Positions 58,816-64,000 of a stretch of 64,000 bases of DNA are shown here, piece by piece. Under the pieces are notes generated by a model, which did no database searches, was not told where the DNA came from, and saw nothing but the letters and a program-made list of their open reading frames with translations. The position numbers and the translations under genes were made by a program. Position 1 is the stretch's first letter. Each line of letters begins with the position of its first letter. The DNA comes from Acidimicrobiales bacterium (GTDB lineage Bacteria; Actinomycetota; Acidimicrobiia; Acidimicrobiales; Bin134), in NCBI GenBank assembly GCA_965208805.1, contig OZ242355.1, positions 181,577 through 245,576 of the forward strand, in the 5' to 3' direction.

Positions 58816-59955
58816 ATGTTGATCAAGAACCAGTGGTACGCCGTGGAATTCGGCCAGTGGGTAACCGACCAGCCGGTGCTGGCCCGGGTCCACGGTCACG
58901 ATCTGGTGCTGTGGCGCAGCCCGAACGGCACAGTCAACGCCCAGTCCGACCTGTGTGTGCACCGGGGCGGCTCTCTGGCCGGCGGCTCGGTGGTGGGCGA
59001 CTGCGTGCAGTGCCCCTATCACGGTTGGCGCTACGGAGCCGATGGGGCCTGCGTGGAGATTCCGGCCAACCGGTCGGGCCTGCCCATTCCCCGCAAGGCC
59101 CGGATCGACACCTATCCCTGTATCGAGCGCTACGGCTTCGTGTGGGTGTTCTTGGGCGACCTGGCGCCTGAGGATCGGCCCCCGGTGCCCGAGTTGGATG
59201 GGCTTGAGGAGCACACCGAAGCCAGGGCCGAGGGATACCGGGCGATCATCGGCGAGTTCACCTGGCAGGCCAACTACGACCGGGTGCTGGAGAACGCGGT
59301 GGACATCGCCCATACCCCCTTCGTGCATTCCGGCTCGTTCGGCAACAAAGACCAGCCCGAGATCCAGGACTTCGACCTCGACGAAACCCGCGTCAACGGC
59401 CACCTGGCGTCGGTCACCGCCACCGTGGAGCTCGAACCGCCTCGTCCGTCGGGCATGTGGCGGTTCATCTCCAAGAAGGACCGCCCGCCGGTGAGCACCT
59501 CCACCGGGTTCTACCCGCCCAACGTGTCGATGCTCATCGTGCGGCTGCCCATGGGCGAGATCCGCATCTTCACTGCCGCGGTGCCCCGCGACGAGCACGT
59601 CACCGTCTCCAAGTTCTGCATGCTGCGCACGTTCTTCACCGGGGGCTGGGCCGACAAGAACTCCTACGACCGCACCATCAAGATCTTCCTGGAAGACCAG
59701 CCCACCGTTGAGGGCCAGCGGCCGGAGCTGCTGCCGTTCGATCTGTCCGCCGAGCTCCACGTCAAGTCCGACTCCATCCAACTTGCCTACCGCCGCTGGC
59801 GCCAGGAGCAGATCGACAAAGGTTGGGCGCTCGAGACCCCATCGGACGAGGAAGCCATGCGGGCCGCCGCGGTGATTCCCTCACCGGGGCGTACCGGCGA
59901 CCCCGAGTTGGCCAACGCCTGGGTGTTCCCCGCTGTCGGCGAGGACCGATCATGA
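58816..59955 (+). CDS. Rieske non-heme iron oxygenase alpha subunit (VanA/PaO-like group)
   Basis: CVH...CPYHG Rieske motif; ENAVDIAHTPFVH mononuclear Fe motif; IFLEDQ. Confidence 0.93.
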   Translation: MLIKNQWYAVEFGQWVTDQPVLARVHGHDLVLWRSPNGTVNAQSDLCVHRGGSLAGGSVVGDCVQCPYHGWRYGADGACVEIPANRSGLPIPRKARIDTYPCIERYGFVWVFLGDLAPEDRPPVPELDGLEEHTEARAEGYRAIIGEFTWQANYDRVLENAVDIAHTPFVHSGSFGNKDQPEIQDFDLDETRVNGHLASVTATVELEPPRPSGMWRFISKKDRPPVSTSTGFYPPNVSMLIVRLPMGEIRIFTAAVPRDEHVTVSKFCMLRTFFTGGWADKNSYDRTIKIFLEDQPTVEGQRPELLPFDLSAELHVKSDSIQLAYRRWRQEQIDKGWALETPSDEEAMRAAAVIPSPGRTGDPELANAWVFPAVGEDRS

Positions 59956-60686
59956 GCCTGTCGGCCGATCTCTGCCTCGGCACCGTAGAGGCCATCGCCA
60001 GCCGACTGGAGCTGGAGGAGACCGTTCACACCTCGTTGGCCTCGGCCATGGACGGATCGCCGGTGGGTGCCCATCGGGTGCTGGCCCGCGACGGGGTGGC
60101 GGAACTGGTGTACGTGGGCATGAAGGTGGAGGCCTTCGGGCTGGACAGCCACATGTGCTTCGCCTTCACCCCGGCCGCCAGCCCGGTGCCCCACTTCACG
60201 GTGGACTCGGTGTTGGCCGGACCGCACTACGCCTTCCACTTGGATCTGATCCCCCGGCTGGACCCGGGCGCCAACCTGGCCTACATCGACCATTGCTACG
60301 GCCCCCTCACCGAGGTCCACGACGAGACCATGCAGATCGAAGGGCTCACCCCCGCCCACCTGTCGCCCCGCCAGTGGCAGCTCATGTCGGCGTGGATGCT
60401 GGCCCACCGGGCCGACGAGGATGGCTTCCGGGCGGTGTTCGGCGCGGTGGCCTCCTACCGTGACCACTGGCTGGGATTGGTGGAATCCGGTGTACCCGAC
60501 GAGGCCACCGGCGGTGCCTCTGCCGAGCAGCTTTCCGATCGCGATGCCCGCAACCGGGCCGCCATCTTCAACCCGGAGGTCGACCCGGTGTGGGCCCGAG
60601 TCGACCAGTTGCTCGGCCCCGAGTCGAGCGCCGATATCCAGGCCAGCCTGAAGACCGCGGCCCGCTCCCCATCCACCCTGCAATGA
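59952..60686 (+). CDS. Second, divergent RCC reductase/bilin reductase-like protein
   Basis: VPHFTVD, HLDLIPRLDPGANLAYIDHCYGPL, RDARNRAAIF..EVDPVW...LLG mirror the first copy; ATGA overlap with the Rieske gene. Confidence 0.65.
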   Translation: MSLSADLCLGTVEAIASRLELEETVHTSLASAMDGSPVGAHRVLARDGVAELVYVGMKVEAFGLDSHMCFAFTPAASPVPHFTVDSVLAGPHYAFHLDLIPRLDPGANLAYIDHCYGPLTEVHDETMQIEGLTPAHLSPRQWQLMSAWMLAHRADEDGFRAVFGAVASYRDHWLGLVESGVPDEATGGASAEQLSDRDARNRAAIFNPEVDPVWARVDQLLGPESSADIQASLKTAARSPSTLQ

Positions 60687-60696
60687 ACGGATTGAA

Positions 60697-61638
60697 ATGA
60701 GCGAATCCCAAGCCTCCGAGTGGCAGCAGCGCATCACCGGCGAGTGGTACGGCCTGCCGTCGGTGTTCGACGCCGAGGGCAACCACACCGGGTTCAACAA
60801 GGTCAGCCGGGCCAGCGTGTTCACCGACGGCAAGGTCACCTACTGGATGCAGTGCAATTTCATGAATACCGGCCCGCTGCGCAACCGGTTCGAGATCAGG
60901 GACTTCGAGTTCGGCGTGGACGACCGGGGCAACGACCGCATTTACCAGGGCCCCGACTTCTACGGGGCCGGCCATCCCTATGGCTCACTGGTGGACTCCC
61001 ACTACTACGCGCCGGGCTGGCGGGCCGACCTCAACACCATGAACCAGATCCTCCCCGACGGGGTTACCCAGGTGTACTCGTCGCTGCTTTATGAGGGCCC
61101 CACCATCTTCTCGGTCTTCAACGGTGTCTACCTGAACGCCCACGACTACGACACCAATCCCGACACCAAGGCGTGGATCGACGCCCACATCGAGGCCGAG
61201 CAGGAGATGGCCGCATGGCCCCACACCGTGCCCGACCGCATCGGAGGCGAATGGGCCGGAGAATGCGAAGTGTTCGGGGCCGACCAGCAGCGCCGGGGCA
61301 CCGTGAACGTGCGCTGGCGCCACGACCCCATCGACCTTGTGCGCGCCACCCACGTCCTTGAGCTGTCCGGGGAGCTCGACTACTCCCATACCTACATCCG
61401 CACCCGCTCCCACGGCAACCGCTACACCTACGACGGCCCCGATCTCTGGGGCAACGCCATCGCCTACGGCCGAGTCCTCTACACCTCTCAGCACCACGTC
61501 AGCGAGCCCTTCAAAGTCAAAGGCCGAGAGTTCATCATCGACCGCGACTACACCCTGGCCGTGGCCTGGAAGCTCTATGACGGCGACCGCATGACCCACA
61601 TAGTCTTCGGCCCCCTCACCTACACCTCCGACGCCTAG
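60697..61638 (+). CDS. Hypothetical protein with two tandem calycin-like beta-barrel repeats
   Basis: Internal repeat GEWYGLPSVFDAEG / GEWAGECEVFGADQ and RIYQGPDFYG...YG / RYTYDGPDLWG...YG; GxW motif; aromatic beta-rich. Confidence 0.7.
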   Translation: MSESQASEWQQRITGEWYGLPSVFDAEGNHTGFNKVSRASVFTDGKVTYWMQCNFMNTGPLRNRFEIRDFEFGVDDRGNDRIYQGPDFYGAGHPYGSLVDSHYYAPGWRADLNTMNQILPDGVTQVYSSLLYEGPTIFSVFNGVYLNAHDYDTNPDTKAWIDAHIEAEQEMAAWPHTVPDRIGGEWAGECEVFGADQQRRGTVNVRWRHDPIDLVRATHVLELSGELDYSHTYIRTRSHGNRYTYDGPDLWGNAIAYGRVLYTSQHHVSEPFKVKGREFIIDRDYTLAVAWKLYDGDRMTHIVFGPLTYTSDA

Positions 61639-61779
61639 CGTTCTGCCGTGCCGGTAGGTGATTGGCTTTCGACTCCATATGGATAGTCGGTGCAGCGGTC
61701 GGTTGTGTAATGGAGGTCGAGAAGGACGCTCCAGCCATATGGGACCATTTCTTGGCGGCGGCCAAAGGAAGTTGGGCTG

Positions 61780-62082
61780 GTGGACACCCTGAGCCGCCGT
61801 CCTCTACTTGAGCGGGACAAGCCGCGGGATTTGGCGCTGTCGCAGTATGTTGGGCCCGTGGCGAGGCATCCGGATCGTGAGGATGGCGCCGAGCGGGATG
61901 ACCTACGGTCGGGGCTGGAGTCGGCAGCGCAGTGGGGCGGTACTGGAAGGGTTGAGAGGGTGCGCCGATTCTATGCTTCCTACTGGTCGGGGCGCTCGAC
62001 GACGAAGCGCGGGAAATCGAAGCCCAAGCCATGCTTCATCTGCGGGGAGGTCGGTCACCGACCGGATGAGTGCGTGAATTGA
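61780..62082 (+). CDS. Small ORF ending in a CCHC zinc knuckle (possibly a fragment)
   Basis: CFICGEVGHRPDEC = C-x2-C-x4-H-x4-C preceded by a basic tract; start uncertain. Confidence 0.45.
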   Translation: MDTLSRRPLLERDKPRDLALSQYVGPVARHPDREDGAERDDLRSGLESAAQWGGTGRVERVRRFYASYWSGRSTTKRGKSKPKPCFICGEVGHRPDECVN

Positions 62083-62210
62083 GGAGCTGGCTGCCGTTGA
62101 CGTTTGGCCCGCCAGACCCAAACCGAGTCATTGTCTGGCGGCACTTGTAGGGGGAGCGTAAGTCGGCCGCCACCAACATGGGCCTGTCCGTCTGGCGCAG
62201 GTGGCCATTG

Positions 62211-62268
62211 GGTGATAGGCCAACTGGGATTGTCATCAGCCCCCTTACCTTCACCCCCCGACGCCTAG
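62211..62268 (+). pseudogene. Degenerate copy of the 3' end of the beta-barrel gene
   Basis: GDRPTGIVISPLTFTP(+1)DA* versus GDRMTHIVFGPLTYTSDA* (61582-61638). Confidence 0.65.
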
Positions 62269-62367
62269 CCGCGGCAGACAGGGTTCCCCCTCTCAAAGTG
62301 CTGTTCGATGTGTCTACTGCAATAGATCTAGCGCTCGCCTTTGGCGCGAGCATCTGGGTTGTTCCGG

Positions 62368-64000
62368 CTAAGTTTCCTCGTCCGTCGCTTGCTGGTCGTC
62401 AATCGGAGCGAGATCGAAGAGCCGGCTCGTCGCTTTGCGCAGTCCCGCTAGGGTGATCGATCCCCGATCGGTTGGACGCAACTTCTCTAGGGGGTTGTCC
62501 ACAATGCGGACGACGGGCCGCGCATTGGTGCCCTCTACGTTGGAAATTACGGCAAGGCAGAAGTCAGGTGTTGTGTGTGCTCGCTTCACTTCGGAGTCCG
62601 TTAGCGTCACTTCGTCTGGTTCCGAGTCGGCGTAGACCTTCAATTCGTAGAATCTACCCTCCTCATCGACCGCATCAGCACCCACGCCACGCTGGCTTCG
62701 CAGGTCGGTGATCTTGATCTGACGGGTGCTGAGCGCCATTACAAAGATCTCGAATCCTACGTTCTCCTTGTCAATTTCGGTGTATCCGCGCAACGGACTC
62801 TTATTGATTGGTCCGCCAATGCCGCTCCTCGGCTCAAGAAGGCTGACGTCGCTAGGTGTTCTGCCTCCGCCGCTGCTAGCGGTGCCGGGTGTTTCCTTTT
62901 CCATTCGTCCTTCTGGATTGATGACTCTCAGCGATTGAGGATTTACCAGGAGCCTGGGTGCGGCATCTGTTGGATGCTGTTTCCTTTGCTCGGGCTTGTG
63001 GGCGACGGAATCGGTTGATTGAGCCATGCCCACCGATCGGCGGCTAGCAGAGTCCTGTGATGAGTCATCCTTTTGGGCAGTCTGCTCGCGCAACTCCGCC
63101 AGTCCACGGTTGTTGGCAGGTTCCTCGTATTCGGGGTCAACTTGCTCGTAGTCAAGCTCGATGCGACGGGCTTGCATTCCTTCTTCGGCTCGAACGCACG
63201 CGGCAAGCCATGCTTGCGCGACAAGCCGAGCATCACCCTCGAAAAGTGCAGCAAGCGCTATGCCCCCTCCGCTCTCATGGGCCAGCAATGCCGGATCTGA
63301 GACGTAGACCGTGGCATGAGTAGCGTCAATCTTGGCTTTTGCTTCGCACTCATACTCCTGGCCTTGGGACACAGTCACCGCGAGCGCAAGTGAGGGGTGT
63401 GTCTTGACGGTGCAAGTTGCCAACAACTCCCAAGGCACTGTGAGGCTTTCGGCGAGTCGCTGGTCGTTGCGCTGTAGGTCGTCGCGCAGCAGTTCAATAG
63501 CCTTCTGGAAGAGTTCCGTCCGGTCGCGATCCTCTTGGGCCAGCTCGGGACGGATCACTTGCGTCTTGCTGGTCGGTATCTCCGTAACGCTCAGCGGTTC
63601 GAGTAGTGTTCGGAATTGCTCAAGTCCCCCGGGCGGCTGCCAGATCGGAAGGCGATCGCCTAGGCCGGCGGCCATGATCGGATCGTCAGTCGCATAGACT
63701 CGCCGAGCTTGGGTCCACCCCTTGCTTGTCCACAGGGCCAATCTCCCCGCCTTATGGCTATTGACTGTGACTCCCTCAGTCCAGTGCCCAGCAAGGATAC
63801 GCAGCGTCTGGAGGAGAATCGCCTCCTCTGCCTCATCAGGAGCACTCTCGCGGCCGCTTGCGATCTCCTCGAGAACTTCCAGGCAGTCGTGTTGTGATGG
63901 TGTCCTCAACTGGAGAGCGTCCCACAGCGGCTTGCACTTCTTGGGCTGAGGGGCGAAAGCGCGGAAATTCTTGAAGATAGGCACTCCTGTAAGCACATTC
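62368..64000 (-). CDS. C-terminal part of a large protein with a DUF3883/NO VEIN-type PD-(D/E)xK-like domain (5' beyond window)
   Basis: VGADAVD...FYELKV...VTLTDSEV C-terminal motif; frame open to the window edge; visibly lower GC than flanks. Confidence 0.7.
   Translation of the reverse strand, partial: NVLTGVPIFKNFRAFAPQPKKCKPLWDALQLRTPSQHDCLEVLEEIASGRESAPDEAEEAILLQTLRILAGHWTEGVTVNSHKAGRLALWTSKGWTQARRVYATDDPIMAAGLGDRLPIWQPPGGLEQFRTLLEPLSVTEIPTSKTQVIRPELAQEDRDRTELFQKAIELLRDDLQRNDQRLAESLTVPWELLATCTVKTHPSLALAVTVSQGQEYECEAKAKIDATHATVYVSDPALLAHESGGGIALAALFEGDARLVAQAWLAACVRAEEGMQARRIELDYEQVDPEYEEPANNRGLAELREQTAQKDDSSQDSASRRSVGMAQSTDSVAHKPEQRKQHPTDAAPRLLVNPQSLRVINPEGRMEKETPGTASSGGGRTPSDVSLLEPRSGIGGPINKSPLRGYTEIDKENVGFEIFVMALSTRQIKITDLRSQRGVGADAVDEEGRFYELKVYADSEPDEVTLTDSEVKRAHTTPDFCLAVISNVEGTNARPVVRIVDNPLEKLRPTDRGSITLAGLRKATSRLFDLAPIDDQQATDEET

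Noticed and set aside
58816-59955. Assigning the gene symbol pao
   Set aside because: Only generic Rieske and mononuclear Fe motifs are visible; VanA-like O-demethylases share them, so orthology needs a phylogeny

Overview
High-GC actinobacterial chromosome segment. RegX3, UPF0182, DivIVA-domain and MreB genes plus many leaderless TANNNT promoters suggest Acidimicrobiia (inference). The left three quarters is mostly housekeeping and transport: RegX3, MoaE, MreB, PDZ-Lon, UPF0182, two ABC systems, an orphan CoxL-like subunit, otsA with an otsB-GH15 fusion, a sulfatase, tRNA-fMet with a small islet, queuosine salvage, HigBA and dcd. The best candidate for an undescribed system lies at about 46.7-61.6 kb. 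There, an operon of two red-chlorophyll-catabolite-reductase (RCCR)/bilin-reductase-like proteins flanks a Rieske oxygenase and ends in a tandem calycin-like beta-barrel protein. It shares an operator-like motif with an adjacent IclR-associated cluster of amidohydrolases, CoA transferases and C-C lyases. I infer a heterotrophic tetrapyrrole (chlorophyll, heme or bilin) breakdown pathway. A second recurring signal is about ten short duplications sitting on start codons, stop codons or promoters; the start-codon ones create uORFs that mimic the N-terminus of the downstream protein. The window ends in a CCHC zinc-knuckle ORF and a truncated DUF3883-type nuclease-domain gene. All family calls come from motif recognition by eye, with no database searches.
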